Of a stretch of 40,096 nucleotides of DNA, positions 20,309-31,308 are shown piece by piece. A model generated the notes under the pieces. The model was not told the DNA's origin. It saw nothing but the letters and a program-made list of their open reading frames with translations, and ran no database searches. Within the stretch, counting starts at the first letter, position 1. Each line of letters opens with the position of its first letter. The DNA is taken from the IMG/VR virus record IMGVR_UViG_3300009962_000005. One strand, written 5' to 3'. Source of the DNA: a virus. Position numbers and translations under genes: made by a program.

Positions 20309-20455
20309 TCACTGCTGCCCATCCTTGGCAGGCTCAGGCTCCACATCACTATGCACGACGTGGTAACCGCGATCAGCAGCAGTATCAGACACGGGCGGAG
20401 CCGTATTACCTGGCTTAGCTTCCACGAGCCAGAAAGGCCCCTCATATTTACTCAT
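20309..20455 (-). CDS. Possible 48-aa ORF ([21 protein letters not shown]...)
   Basis: My translation. Its ATG overlaps the fibre stop as TAATG. It is not in the ORF track (<60 aa). Confidence 0.35.
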   Translation of the reverse strand: MSKYEGPFWLVEAKPGNTAPPVSDTAADRGYHVVHSDVEPEPAKDGQQ

Positions 20456-22926
20456 TATTTCTCCTCAAAAAATCCGACAATGTTCAGGATGTAGCGCCCT
20501 GGGGTGCTTATCCTGTCAGTCTGTACCTGACGGCTACCTTTTTCTATCCAAATGCCGCCGCCGCCTGGTGTTACTGACTGCATCTCAACCAGAGATGATG
20601 CCACCGGCCCCGTGTCAGGGATGGAGAACAGGGATCCGCTCGGAATTTTCCCGGCCTGTATTGTGAAATCCAAATGCACTATCCCTAGCCCCGTATTTGG
20701 GTCAAACTCTAGGAAATGACGCAATAGTGCATTATTGCCATTGCCGTTCACGTTTGTCGTGTCCCTTGCCTCCCACGTCAGACCGTACCGCTTACGAGGC
20801 TTCATCACAGCCCCGCCACCGCCGCCGCCTTGCGGGCGTGCTTCCAGGGCCTCTACCCGGCGGGCAAGCGCATCAGCCCTAGAAACAAGAGAAGATAAAT
20901 CAGTAGAAGGCAAGGTTACCGTACCCCCATCAGGTGAGAGCGTAAGCTCACTACCAGCGATAGAAAGCTTCTGCGGCACCCCTACCCCGTCCGCGCCCTT
21001 CGGCCCAGGGTCACCTTTCGGCCCCTGCAACCCAGCACCAGCCTTACGGGTAGTGAAAAACACCGTATCCACCTGGATAAAGACGTTATCACCCTGCGGG
21101 GATCGCCACCGCACCGGCCCAGTCTCAGACCCGGCCGGGCCTGCAACATCCTTAGCTGCACACCCGGTGATCGTGAGGCCCCTAAACCAGGTTTCAACAT
21201 AGAAAGCCCAGCGGGCGCCGGTGCCGCGCCCCCCAACCTTCTGCGAAATGCAGCCGGTAATAATAGTGCCGTCAGCCCCGCCGTTCGCAATATAGAAATC
21301 GGCGGCGTCACCCTCACGAGCAGACCCGTGAACCGTGTCACGGTAAGAGGAAGATTCGGCGCGGCAATTCGTGAGCTGATTCTGCCCCCAATAAACAAGG
21401 AACCCATGCCCACCGTTCTCCTGCGCCAAACAGCCCGTGAAAATGCATTTAGTTCCCTTGATGAACCATCCCGAGCCGTCCTTCTGCGCCGCCCGGTTCT
21501 CACCCTGCGGCGCGCCAGCAGTAATATCAGTGCCATCAGCCGAAGCCACAGGCAGGGCGTATATCTGCTGCCACGAAGCGGCGCGGTGCGTAAACCAGAC
21601 GCGGCAATGAACAAACGTGCACTGAGACGTATACACCTCAACACCGGCGTAACCACCCTGTGACTGATTCGCACCGCCGACATTCAGCCCGAAGAACTGG
21701 TTATCGGCGCCGCCGTTCCCGCCCGCAACCTTCGCCACCAGCTCGGGGTGCCCATCAGGTTTACCCACAACAAGCCCGGCCTGCAGCGTGTTGCGTATCT
21801 TGAGGTTCCACACGTCCATTGCCTGGTCGTCGCGGCCAAGGATCGCCGCGCCCGTCTCCATATCCCAGACCTTGACGTTATTCATGGTCGGTGCGGCGTC
21901 CGGCTCAGCAGGGGAATCCCCAAGGTCGGTGTTTAGTAGCACGCCGCAGAGGTTAGGTATGGCCGCCTGGTGGTTACGGCCTGTCCGGTGGGCGCGAATC
22001 CATACGCTAGACACACCGAAATGAATCAGGTCTGGGTCTAGGGCTCGCTCATTCCAGGTGCCGGTATGGAAAACCCCGGTCTTCTCAGTGATAGGCGTAC
22101 CGTCTGTTGCTAGGATTTGGGTGCCGTCACCGTCACCAATAACCTGCACAAACCCCTTGAGCTTGATAAACGGGTATGATACTAAATATTTACCGGCGGG
22201 GATGCGTACAGCCCCGCCACCAGCAGCATACACAGCATCAACCGCCGCCTGTATCGCCGCCGTAGCATCAGCCTTACCCGTAGGGTCTGCACCATAAGGG
22301 GCGTCAATCACACTCACACTGTAACCAGACTTAGCGGGCGCCGCCTGCTTCGGCGCCGCCTCAAGAGCATCAAGGCGCCGCAGAATCTTTGAATCATCAA
22401 ACGCCCCGCCATCACGGCCCGGCGCACCCGGGGCACCAGGCGGGCCGGGAGGCCCCGGGTCTCCCTGCGGCCCAGGCAAGCCACGCTCACCCTGCACACC
22501 CGGCGGCCCCGCCTCACCACGCGGCCCACGCGCAGACCAACCAGACGGCGAACCCGGATCAGGTACCGGAGCCTGCTCAGCAAGATTCAGTACCGCCCCA
22601 GCCGTAGGGTGGATAAAACCGCAGGGGTACGGGGCCGGGCGGCCCTCACCATCACGCAAATGCGTAGTAACCTTGTACGCGAACTGCTCCGGCGACACAC
22701 CAGGAGACGGGGCGACAAGCCGCACACCAGCGGTGGTTGCGTCAGGCGAATCATAAAGCACGCCGCCCACAACGTACCCGGTGCGGGCCGCCTGCGTAAA
22801 AACAGAATCGCTACTGTATGCGTGCGCGGTTGGTGTGAACTCCACACGCCCAGACACAGGAACCGGGGCGCCACCCCGCTCCTGCATCGTCAAAAAATTA
22901 GCTGTCACCGTACAGTACTCAGCCAT
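20455..22926 (-). CDS. Tail fibre/tailspike: collagen-like repeats, pectate-lyase-type beta-helix (putative depolymerase), second collagen stretch, C-terminal globular domain
   Basis: Start taken at ATG 22926 ([11 protein letters not shown]; AGGAGA RBS). G-X-Y run [40 protein letters not shown] (22408-22527). [46 protein letters not shown] is typical of pectate_lyase_3 N-termini. Second G-X-Y run at 20980-21039. Confidence 0.8.
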   Translation of the reverse strand: MAEYCTVTANFLTMQERGGAPVPVSGRVEFTPTAHAYSSDSVFTQAARTGYVVGGVLYDSPDATTAGVRLVAPSPGVSPEQFAYKVTTHLRDGEGRPAPYPCGFIHPTAGAVLNLAEQAPVPDPGSPSGWSARGPRGEAGPPGVQGERGLPGPQGDPGPPGPPGAPGAPGRDGGAFDDSKILRRLDALEAAPKQAAPAKSGYSVSVIDAPYGADPTGKADATAAIQAAVDAVYAAGGGAVRIPAGKYLVSYPFIKLKGFVQVIGDGDGTQILATDGTPITEKTGVFHTGTWNERALDPDLIHFGVSSVWIRAHRTGRNHQAAIPNLCGVLLNTDLGDSPAEPDAAPTMNNVKVWDMETGAAILGRDDQAMDVWNLKIRNTLQAGLVVGKPDGHPELVAKVAGGNGGADNQFFGLNVGGANQSQGGYAGVEVYTSQCTFVHCRVWFTHRAASWQQIYALPVASADGTDITAGAPQGENRAAQKDGSGWFIKGTKCIFTGCLAQENGGHGFLVYWGQNQLTNCRAESSSYRDTVHGSAREGDAADFYIANGGADGTIITGCISQKVGGRGTGARWAFYVETWFRGLTITGCAAKDVAGPAGSETGPVRWRSPQGDNVFIQVDTVFFTTRKAGAGLQGPKGDPGPKGADGVGVPQKLSIAGSELTLSPDGGTVTLPSTDLSSLVSRADALARRVEALEARPQGGGGGGAVMKPRKRYGLTWEARDTTNVNGNGNNALLRHFLEFDPNTGLGIVHLDFTIQAGKIPSGSLFSIPDTGPVASSLVEMQSVTPGGGGIWIEKGSRQVQTDRISTPGRYILNIVGFFEEK

Positions 22927-22934
22927 ACATTCTC

Positions 22935-25196
22935 CTAATCTATCTGAAGGTAAGTGCGCACCGTAAGTTCGGTGCGATCCTCCCCCGGGCGGTGCTCCAC
23001 ACCCAGGACAAGGCAATAAACGCGGGTGCTAATGCCCGGTACCTCCCACCGGTAGACATCGCCCACACGGTAACCCGGGTCAAAAATCACGTTGATAGAG
23101 TCCGAATACACGGCCTTGGAATCCGATAGCCACGCGGCCACATCCTTAGCAAGCTCAAGCCCGCGTTCGCGGCTGCCCGCCCAAATACCGGCGTCTATCT
23201 CCAGCTCTGGTGCCTCACGCAGCGGCCCGAGAACAACGGCGTCACCATCATCTTTAGCTTTCGCCTTAGCGCCGCCGCGTATGATCGGCATTTTTTCGCC
23301 CCACATGTCTTCATAGGTGCCTGGCATGGTGCGGTTATTCACGGGGAACTGCATTGTGGATCGGGAGGATTCTCCCCCGTTCCCGAACACTGCTTTGTTG
23401 TCAATCGTGAGCTTCCACCGCCACCGGCCCAAACCTTCAAGTTTTGGTGCGGCAACATAACCCGTGTAACCGTTCTGTCCGATGGCGAAGTAGCAGGAGC
23501 CGTAATAGATTTTCTCTATCTCACGTTTCCACCCGTTCCCGTGCTGGGATATGGGTGTGTTGAAGAAATTATGCAGGTTCCACATAATGTCGTCGTCCAG
23601 CTCGAACCAGTCTTCGTTCTCGTCCGGGCCGATAAACTCTTCAACAGTCTCATTGCCTAGGATGGACTGCCCGGTGCCCTGCCAGAGTGTGGCGCGGTGA
23701 ATCTTCCCGATGTCGCCCATGTTGGAAATCCATGTGATTTTGCTTTTCACCCGCACCGCAGACCCGGAGCGTAGAATGTCCTGCCGTAGCGTGTAGTCCA
23801 CCACATCATCGGCGGAGATAACGCCCTTCTCAGTGGCTTCACGTAGCATTGTTCCGTGTTTGAAATGGAACTCGCCCGCCGCATCAAGCCACATTGCGCA
23901 GTGAATCAGTTCACCCAGTTCTTCAAGGAACCCTGAGGCTTTGCGGCCACGCACAGACGGCACCCAATAAGGATTATTCAGATAGTCGGGGATGCGCACA
24001 TGCGCCTGCTTCCTACCCGATAGTGGCAGCGGCTCCATAGCCACCAACACATCGGATATTTCACACCCTAGCTCGGCGATAATCTCACAATTACCAACCT
24101 CACTATTCGGCCCCCACCACCTTTCATGTACGCCACTAGGCCCGGGCGTACCCTCAACCCCTAGCCGCGTCTCCCAGCGCCCGTTCACATGCATCAGGAA
24201 CTCCACGACGCCATCTTTCGGCACCAGAAAATCCCCATACTGCGGATTCTGCCCGGGGTGCACAGACAGCCGCTTATTCCCCTCAAGGGTGATAGCGACC
24301 TTCTTACCGCCCACCGTCAGCTTGAGCGTGAATTTACCGGTGTGCCCGGCACCCACACGGAACCTAACCATGACCGGCTGCGTCCCCCGCAGGTTCCGGT
24401 TCTCCGCCAAATTCTCATACACGCCCCAGCCCTTGAACAGGTAGCATTCGCCGCTGTCGTGGTACACGAAGGTGGGGAAGAAGTCGTATGTCTCCTCAGT
24501 AGGCCCCGCTTTCACGCACGCACCCTTATACCGCTCCCATGCCGTCCACATCGTGCCCTGCAGGGGTGCGTGCATCACCACCCGCTTATCGACACCAAGA
24601 GGAACCTTAGACGCCGGGGACACCGCGAACCCGCACTGATCCAGCACATCCCACACCACGTAATTAATCGAGCAGCCGGGGGTGAACTTTTTAAAATCGC
24701 TGTTCTTACGGCCGGGCATGTGCCGCAGCAGCGGCAGAACATCCACACCCTTACCGAACTTATCCCAATCATCCACAATATGGGTGACAAGCTGGTTACC
24801 GTCCTGAACCTCATTAAAATCCACACGGCCCGTGAAAACCCGCACCCACTTATTAGGGCCGGGTATATCCGACGGGGAAAGAGACATGTCAATTTCGATG
24901 CGCTCACCGATTTTCGGGACACGCAGCCCACCAGAAAACCCCGTCCAAAGGTTCGGTGTCGCATCGGTCATCTGCCATGTAATAGTTCCCGTAGACTGAT
25001 TGAACCCCGAGGTGATAGCCAGGCGGCCGGGCAGGTCACCCGACATCGCGGAAGAAATCTCCACCTGGTGCATACCTTCATCGGAGCCGCCGACATAGAT
25101 GCGGGCGTAGATGATGCGCACACCCTTTTGCCGCACATACGACTTACTGGCTTGCATCCCCCAGATTTGGGTAGGCCCCGGATTTTCAGCACCCAT
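22935..25196 (-). CDS. Large tail-tip / minor tail protein (Tal-like position)
   Basis: 753 aa, between Dit and the fibre. Its start overlaps the Dit stop (TAATG). Function is assigned by synteny. Confidence 0.65.
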   Translation of the reverse strand: MGAENPGPTQIWGMQASKSYVRQKGVRIIYARIYVGGSDEGMHQVEISSAMSGDLPGRLAITSGFNQSTGTITWQMTDATPNLWTGFSGGLRVPKIGERIEIDMSLSPSDIPGPNKWVRVFTGRVDFNEVQDGNQLVTHIVDDWDKFGKGVDVLPLLRHMPGRKNSDFKKFTPGCSINYVVWDVLDQCGFAVSPASKVPLGVDKRVVMHAPLQGTMWTAWERYKGACVKAGPTEETYDFFPTFVYHDSGECYLFKGWGVYENLAENRNLRGTQPVMVRFRVGAGHTGKFTLKLTVGGKKVAITLEGNKRLSVHPGQNPQYGDFLVPKDGVVEFLMHVNGRWETRLGVEGTPGPSGVHERWWGPNSEVGNCEIIAELGCEISDVLVAMEPLPLSGRKQAHVRIPDYLNNPYWVPSVRGRKASGFLEELGELIHCAMWLDAAGEFHFKHGTMLREATEKGVISADDVVDYTLRQDILRSGSAVRVKSKITWISNMGDIGKIHRATLWQGTGQSILGNETVEEFIGPDENEDWFELDDDIMWNLHNFFNTPISQHGNGWKREIEKIYYGSCYFAIGQNGYTGYVAAPKLEGLGRWRWKLTIDNKAVFGNGGESSRSTMQFPVNNRTMPGTYEDMWGEKMPIIRGGAKAKAKDDGDAVVLGPLREAPELEIDAGIWAGSRERGLELAKDVAAWLSDSKAVYSDSINVIFDPGYRVGDVYRWEVPGISTRVYCLVLGVEHRPGEDRTELTVRTYLQID

Positions 25197-26014
25197 TAGC
25201 TACCGCTCCCTGTCTCCTTGATCGTGCATGTGATCTCTGAAATGTTCTTGTTGCCGCCCCGGTAGAGCGGCTTCACCTCGTAATCATCCACGATGCCGCC
25301 CATTAGCGTTTCGCCTACCGTCCAGGGCTTCTTTTCGCGCCCTAGCACCATTGATGCGCAGGTGCCTGTCCCGCTCAACTGTACGCCGTAGAGGGTGCAG
25401 GCTTTGGGGACTAGCACGTAGGCTTCCCTACGGTGCACGCCCGCGCCCTTACCCGGCCCTTCCACGGTGGTTACACCGAATTGTCCGGCGCGGCCGCCGC
25501 CCCACCAGATGCGCAGGTATGAGTCATCCTCTAGCACGCATGAGATGTTCACCACCTCACCGCCCCACGGAAACGGAATGTCCTGCCTAACAAACGTCGG
25601 GGTTGTCACCGATGTGCCGCCGGGCCATATGATGCCGTGCCCACCCGAATCAACCATCATTGGGGAATACACCGCCCCGTAAGTATCCAGCAGCAGTGAG
25701 GTGCGCGGGGGCATGACGTTGATATGCTCCGCCCCGGCCGGTATGACCGTGAGCGGGGTAGCGGGGCCGACTAGTGACCCGCCGAGCATGGACAGGTTTA
25801 GTAACCCCTCAATCATCCCGAGCTGTTCACCCTCAGCCCGCCAGGTGCAGCGCATCTCACGCATACTGCGGGGAGGCCCGTAGAAGGAGGTTCGGCGCAC
25901 ACCCGTGAGCGGGTCTGTGTCGATCCGGTTCACCAGTGTCCGGGTTGTCGTCACCTCTGAGTACCCCTTGACGGGGACCATTGTTGCGGGCCGCCCTATC
26001 CACATCCTAGACAT
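25196..26014 (-). CDS. Distal tail protein (Dit-like)
   Basis: Immediately downstream of the tape measure gene. ATG 26014 (MSRMWIGRPATMV...) has a GGAAGGAGG RBS. Function is assigned by synteny. Confidence 0.6.
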   Translation of the reverse strand: MSRMWIGRPATMVPVKGYSEVTTTRTLVNRIDTDPLTGVRRTSFYGPPRSMREMRCTWRAEGEQLGMIEGLLNLSMLGGSLVGPATPLTVIPAGAEHINVMPPRTSLLLDTYGAVYSPMMVDSGGHGIIWPGGTSVTTPTFVRQDIPFPWGGEVVNISCVLEDDSYLRIWWGGGRAGQFGVTTVEGPGKGAGVHRREAYVLVPKACTLYGVQLSGTGTCASMVLGREKKPWTVGETLMGGIVDDYEVKPLYRGGNKNISEITCTIKETGSGS

Positions 26015-26051
26015 GCGCCGCCCCTCCTTCCTGTTCTGTTTCCTCTTATCT

Positions 26052-29000
26052 TTACCGGCGTGCGCGGGTACGCGATTCAGCCATGACGCCATAGAACTTC
26101 GTGCCCGATATTTCCACTACCGGCTTCCACCCGCTCAACGCCGCCGCTATCTGCTCCCCAATCCGCAGGTTAGCGTCGGGTGCGGGCGCGAACCCCACGG
26201 GTGCGGGCGAACCACCATAGGCGAAGCCGCGCACCGAACGCGGGTTACCCCCGGCGTTCAGGAACTCAAGCAGCGGCCGGTTACGCCGCGTAGCCCTCTC
26301 GTTCATAATGAACTCGCCAGAGCGCACACGGATAGGCTCGCCCGTATCCTCAACCACCGCACGCCGGTTATCGACGTGCGGGGCGGCAGGGGGGCGGCCG
26401 CTAATCAGACCGCCGGAGGCGAAGCCGCGCATCGTGTCACCCACATGCCCGCCGGAGGCAAAGCCGAAAAACTTCTTACGGTAGGTCTCGATCTTGTGGG
26501 TAATATTCTCGGTGATATTCCTGATCCGCAGGGTAGTTTCGCGGACAGTAGGGATTGAAAACACCCAGTCGATAGCGCGGCGTACACTGCCTACGAACCC
26601 GCCGAGGCCGACGACGTTCAGCTCAGTGTTGTGCCTATCGGGAACCTTGCCCACGGAGTCTGACGCTTGCGATGCTGCGCGGTTCACATTCGATGCGTCA
26701 CCCCGCATGTCGGTGTTATGCGACTTCGGGAGGTTCCGCACAGACTCGGCGGTTAGCGCCGCAGCAGAATCAAAATTGCCCGTGGTAGCCGTCATATCGG
26801 TATTGTGCGACCCGGGTACCGCGTTCACCGCGTCACCCACGCCCTGGATAGCTGAGGACGCATCGAATGTGCCCGTCGCATCAATCTCAATCTCTTTGCT
26901 ACCGGGCATAGAATCAAGCCACTTAGCAACCTCACTGAAACCGCTAGTAGTCTCCTCGATACCCTGCGCCTGCACGTTCACATTCTTCTGCCCAGGAATA
27001 TTACCCAGGGCGTCACGCAGCTGCGTTGCCTTGCCCGTAGCCTGGTCGAAACCGATAGTGCCGCCCGCAACATGCACCTGGTTAGGGATGCCGTTCACCT
27101 CTTTAGCGGTGCGGTTCGCCACAGCCCGGGCGTTATCATCCATGAACGTTGAAATGCTAATGTTCTTGTCTTGCAGGCCGAAAGCGGCACGCGCCAAGTC
27201 CTCAACCTGCTCAGACGAAAGCCCAGCCTGGTACCCATATTTTCGAATCGTTTGGTACCCGCGCTCATAAATCGCACGAATCTCTTCCTGCGATTTACCG
27301 GCGTTAGAGGCGGCAACGGCAACCTTGTTCGTTTCGTTAGCGACAGACCCGAAAAGCTTGTTCAGCTCACGGCCGCTCTTAGAAGCGTTATCGAAACCGT
27401 AACCCATTTCATAGGAAGCGGTCTTGCCTTTCTTGAAAGCCTCCGCTAGCTTCTCGATACTTTCGTAAAATGACCCCATAGAGTCGTTATAGGAGCGGAA
27501 GCCCTTGCCCAGGTAATCGAAAGCCTTAGCAAAATCAGAAAGTAGGGACTCAACCTTTTCTACCACTTCGCCGTTCTCGTCCAGCTTCTTAGTGTTCTCA
27601 CCGATAGCGTCCGTGGCTTCACTGGTAGCGGCCGTGCCCTCCTTGATTTTCTTGTTCAGCTCTTCCTGGGATGCCCCGGCCTTTTTCAGCTTCTCAGGCA
27701 GCTCACCCTTCATCGCCTGGAATTTCTCTTCATCGGTGAGCGCTACCCCTAGCTTGTTCGCGTAGTCGGTGACGGCCTGCCCGAGCTTCGGGAACAACTC
27801 GGTAATCTTGCTGACGCTCACACCCGAATGTTCCGCTTCGTCCGCTATCTGCTTGAACAGTGCGGTGGCGCGCTGCGGATTCTCACCGTACATTTTCGCT
27901 AGCGCCTCATCCACCTGCAGCACACTATCCTTGAGCAGATCGAACGAACCCTTGGAGCCGACGATGTTGTTCACCATGCCGTTAAACCCGTCGAAAGCGG
28001 TTTGGTTGCTGAGGCGTTTCAGTGCGTCGTTGATGCCGTTGATGCCTTCTTCGGTGCCGTGCATGGCCCACCTGCCGCGCCCGTTGGTGAACTCCGCGTT
28101 TTTGAAAATGTCGTTGATGCGGTTCATTTCGCCGCCGCTCTCGGAGAGGGCGTTAGTCATTTTCTCCACGCCCGGTGTCTGCGCGTTGAGGTTCTTGAAC
28201 GGCAGGGCTATTGTCTCTGCCCCGGCTACTGCTAGCGCCAGGTACCCGAAGCCCCGGGTGAGTTTCCCTATCACACCGGAGAATTTACCGCCGGTAGCGG
28301 CCCCCGCTTCCATCTGGGCGTTGGATGCGGCTACACCGGCTGAGGCGCTGCGCCCGGCTAACCCTAGCTCAACTAGCGCCGTGCGGGTCGCGTGCACTAT
28401 GGTTACGAACTTCGCGGCGGCGGCCACAGCCAGCAGCAGGCCGCCGGTTACACCGGCGATAGCTAACACTGTGTTGATTGTTCCAGCATCCACGCGGGTA
28501 AGCTCTTCAACCATCTTATCCAGCCATTGCACGGCCGGTCGCAAAGCGTCGGCCACACCAGAACCGGACTTGATGAAAAGAGTCTCGATAGCTCCGCCCA
28601 GCTTCTCAAGGTCTCCCTTAAGATTATCCTGCGCGATAGCAGCAGTCTTAGCAGCGTAACCAGAGTCATTGACCTTATCAATCCACCCCTGGATACCCTC
28701 TTGCCCGTTTTCGTAGAGCACGGCGGCGGCACGCACAGCGTCAGAACCGAAAATCTGCGCCAGGGTTGCGTCGCGCTGCTCGGCGGTCATGCCCTTCAAC
28801 GCGGCTTTCAGCTCGCCCGCGAACACCGCAAGCTTCTTGACCTTGCCCTGGTTATCGTACAGAGACAAGCCCATTTCGCTCATTGTCTCCGCCGTCTCCT
28901 TGGACGGATTCTGTAGCTTCTGCAGCATGACCTTGAACGATGTGCCCGCGTCAGAGCCGGTGAGACCCGCCGCCGCGAACGACGCTAGCGCACCGATAGC

Positions 29001-30890
29001 TTCTTCAATGGTGAACCCTGTCTGTGCGGCAACCAGGCCGGACTGCTTGAGCGCGTATCCCAGGTCGCCGACACTACCCTGCGCCTTACCTGCACCAGCA
29101 GCCAACAGGTCTGCTACGTGGTTCAGGTCGCTACCTTTGAGCTTGAACTGTGTCAGTGCGGTAGCCGCCAGTTCGGCGGCGTCACCGACACGAAGCTCAC
29201 CGGCCGCCGCCAGGGACAGGGCACCGTCAAGGCCGCCTTTCAGGATGTCCGATGTTTCCACACCGGCCTTAGCAAGCTCCGTGATACCGTATGCCGCCTC
29301 GGTACCCGAGTATTTTGTGTCGGCACCGGCTTTGATCGCGGCCTCACGCAGCAGCGCCATATTCGACGCACTTTCATGCGTAGCCGCTTGCACGCCGGAC
29401 ATTGCCGCATCAAAATCTGCGAAAGCCTTCACAGGTAGAGCGAACGCGGCTAGCAGCCCGGCCCCGGCGATAGCGCTACCCGAGGCGAGCTTGTCCATTG
29501 CGTCACGGTTGCCCAGGATAGAGCGGGTGAGTGACTGTGAAGAAGCCTCAGCCTGGCGGCTGTTTTCCCGCATCTGCGCATACGTATTCTTAGCCGCGGT
29601 GGCGTAGGTTTGCACCGATGATGCTGTTGCGGCGGCCCCGGCCCGGGCGTTCACCGCCATCTCCGAGTACACCAGCTTGTTTACGGGGCCGATGCTTAGG
29701 ATGTGGTCGCGGGCGCTCACAGCCGCCGATTTGAAAGACGCCCCCACGGATGAAGCTAACCCACTGTATGCGTTTTGTGAGTTGAGGGAGGCCCGCTCCA
29801 TAGCCGTGGTGATGCCGCCCGCGTAATCAATAGCGGCCCTAGCAGCTTCACGCCGCGCCGCTTTCTCCGCCCGCGTCATACCGGAGAACACGCCATAGGA
29901 CTGTGCCGCCGTGTCACGATACGCCTGCACTACCTGCGCCCCGGACTGTCGGGCCTGCGCCGCACGGTTAGCGAACAGGGCCGCGTTAGCCGCCTGCCCA
30001 GCCCGTGACGTTTCGGCGATAGCCCGCACCGTCCCCTGCTGCGCGGCCCGTATGCTGGTTGCGCTAGTGAGTGCGGCCGCTGCGGCTACTGCTGCTGTGG
30101 ATCGTATCGCGGCCTGTGATTCGGCTGCTGCGGCGCGTGCTGATTTTGCTGACTGCTGCCCGGTGAGTCCGCTTGTCTGCTGCGCGGCGCGGCGTGAAGC
30201 TGCTACGGCTGCTACGGCGGCGGCTTCGTGGGCGCGCACTGTCTGCGTTGCAGCATCGCGGGCTGAGCGGGTGACGGTGCGCATACCCTGCTGCATCCCG
30301 TCACCGGCGTGCTTACCAGCGGCGGCGGCTGCTAACCCGATACCGGATAGTGATTTAGAGGCGTCGCGTGATGCGGCGGCGGCCCCTGCTGATACGGCGG
30401 TGAATGCGCCGCCCCCGGCGCGGGCGTGCCCTGCCGCTACCACTGCGGCCTGCACCTCTGCTGAGGCTGCGCGGGATGATGCTACGGCGGCCCGCTGGTC
30501 TGCCGCTAGCCGCCGCCAGGGTGCGCCGAGGTCACCGGTGCCGCCGCGCACGTTCGCGGCCCGCTGCGCCTGCGCCCCCGCACCCTTCGCTATTTCGCCC
30601 ATGCGTTTCATGGCGTTAGCTGCTTCGGATGCTGAGCGGCGTGAGGTGGTGCCGATGCCGCGCAGTGCTTTTTCGGAGGTGGTGGCGGTTTTGCGGGCTT
30701 CGGTGCCGATGCCGCGCATGGATTTAGCGGCGGCGGCCCCTGCTTGGCGCGTGGATTTTTCGGTGTTTCTGAATGATTTTTCGGTGTGTTTGGCGGCGTC
30801 TTTCGCTATTTTACCGGCCTGCCGCATACCCTCAGTGAATTGCTTCACATCAGCGCGTAGCCTTACCGTAACCTTCTGCTCCGCAGCCAT
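26052..30890 (-). CDS. Tail tape measure protein
   Basis: About 1612 aa, Ala-rich and helical, with hydrophobic central segments, downstream of the G/GT chaperones. ATG 30890 has GGAGA 8 nt upstream. Confidence 0.9.
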   Translation of the reverse strand: MAAEQKVTVRLRADVKQFTEGMRQAGKIAKDAAKHTEKSFRNTEKSTRQAGAAAAKSMRGIGTEARKTATTSEKALRGIGTTSRRSASEAANAMKRMGEIAKGAGAQAQRAANVRGGTGDLGAPWRRLAADQRAAVASSRAASAEVQAAVVAAGHARAGGGAFTAVSAGAAAASRDASKSLSGIGLAAAAAGKHAGDGMQQGMRTVTRSARDAATQTVRAHEAAAVAAVAASRRAAQQTSGLTGQQSAKSARAAAAESQAAIRSTAAVAAAAALTSATSIRAAQQGTVRAIAETSRAGQAANAALFANRAAQARQSGAQVVQAYRDTAAQSYGVFSGMTRAEKAARREAARAAIDYAGGITTAMERASLNSQNAYSGLASSVGASFKSAAVSARDHILSIGPVNKLVYSEMAVNARAGAAATASSVQTYATAAKNTYAQMRENSRQAEASSQSLTRSILGNRDAMDKLASGSAIAGAGLLAAFALPVKAFADFDAAMSGVQAATHESASNMALLREAAIKAGADTKYSGTEAAYGITELAKAGVETSDILKGGLDGALSLAAAGELRVGDAAELAATALTQFKLKGSDLNHVADLLAAGAGKAQGSVGDLGYALKQSGLVAAQTGFTIEEAIGALASFAAAGLTGSDAGTSFKVMLQKLQNPSKETAETMSEMGLSLYDNQGKVKKLAVFAGELKAALKGMTAEQRDATLAQIFGSDAVRAAAVLYENGQEGIQGWIDKVNDSGYAAKTAAIAQDNLKGDLEKLGGAIETLFIKSGSGVADALRPAVQWLDKMVEELTRVDAGTINTVLAIAGVTGGLLLAVAAAAKFVTIVHATRTALVELGLAGRSASAGVAASNAQMEAGAATGGKFSGVIGKLTRGFGYLALAVAGAETIALPFKNLNAQTPGVEKMTNALSESGGEMNRINDIFKNAEFTNGRGRWAMHGTEEGINGINDALKRLSNQTAFDGFNGMVNNIVGSKGSFDLLKDSVLQVDEALAKMYGENPQRATALFKQIADEAEHSGVSVSKITELFPKLGQAVTDYANKLGVALTDEEKFQAMKGELPEKLKKAGASQEELNKKIKEGTAATSEATDAIGENTKKLDENGEVVEKVESLLSDFAKAFDYLGKGFRSYNDSMGSFYESIEKLAEAFKKGKTASYEMGYGFDNASKSGRELNKLFGSVANETNKVAVAASNAGKSQEEIRAIYERGYQTIRKYGYQAGLSSEQVEDLARAAFGLQDKNISISTFMDDNARAVANRTAKEVNGIPNQVHVAGGTIGFDQATGKATQLRDALGNIPGQKNVNVQAQGIEETTSGFSEVAKWLDSMPGSKEIEIDATGTFDASSAIQGVGDAVNAVPGSHNTDMTATTGNFDSAAALTAESVRNLPKSHNTDMRGDASNVNRAASQASDSVGKVPDRHNTELNVVGLGGFVGSVRRAIDWVFSIPTVRETTLRIRNITENITHKIETYRKKFFGFASGGHVGDTMRGFASGGLISGRPPAAPHVDNRRAVVEDTGEPIRVRSGEFIMNERATRRNRPLLEFLNAGGNPRSVRGFAYGGSPAPVGFAPAPDANLRIGEQIAAALSGWKPVVEISGTKFYGVMAESRTRARR

Positions 30891-30909
30891 AACCACATCT
30901 CCAAATCAT

Positions 30910-31308
30910 CTAAACAACATCGTCAGGTACAAAAGCGGGATCATCCCGCAAATCCTCAAGAACCGGGTACATAACCCGCCCCGGCTCCGGCCGGAAATTC
31001 TTCCCACCAGTCACACGATCCACCGCAGCCTTCGCATAGCACGTCTCCTGCTCCACCTCGAACCAGCCGGAGAACTTGGGGTTGCGGCAAATACTGGTGT
31101 GCCGCCCGCATTCCTTACACAGCTCACGCTCATACAAGGCTAGACCCATCACGGCGATACGGTCGGCGTCAGTCCACGGCCCCGTACCACCAAGCAGGAT
31201 ATGCGGGGCTACACCCCAATCACGGGCGGCCTGCAACGCCAGCAGGCCACCCGCGTGTTCCTCACAAATGAGGCAGTCAGCTACGAAACCGGGGCGACAC
31301 CTCGAAGC
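30910..31308 (-). CDS. Tail assembly chaperone frameshift extension (T part of GT)
   Basis: This frame is open from 31308 and lacks an ATG/RBS of its own (the track start is an internal TTG). It overlaps the 3' end of the G ORF in the +1/-2 frame. Confidence 0.6.
   Translation of the reverse strand, partial: ASRCRPGFVADCLICEEHAGGLLALQAARDWGVAPHILLGGTGPWTDADRIAVMGLALYERELCKECGRHTSICRNPKFSGWFEVEQETCYAKAAVDRVTGGKNFRPEPGRVMYPVLEDLRDDPAFVPDDVV

Noticed and set aside
29911-31143. Long plus-strand ORF (410 aa), and similar plus-strand ORFs at 24189-25199, 26494-27270, 27769-28659, 28789-29607, 34432-35271, 35969-36730 and 38894-39631.
   Set aside because: They are antisense shadows of well-supported minus-strand structural genes in GC-rich DNA. 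Their products are Ala/Arg/Pro/Ser-rich low-complexity sequence with no RBS or operon logic.
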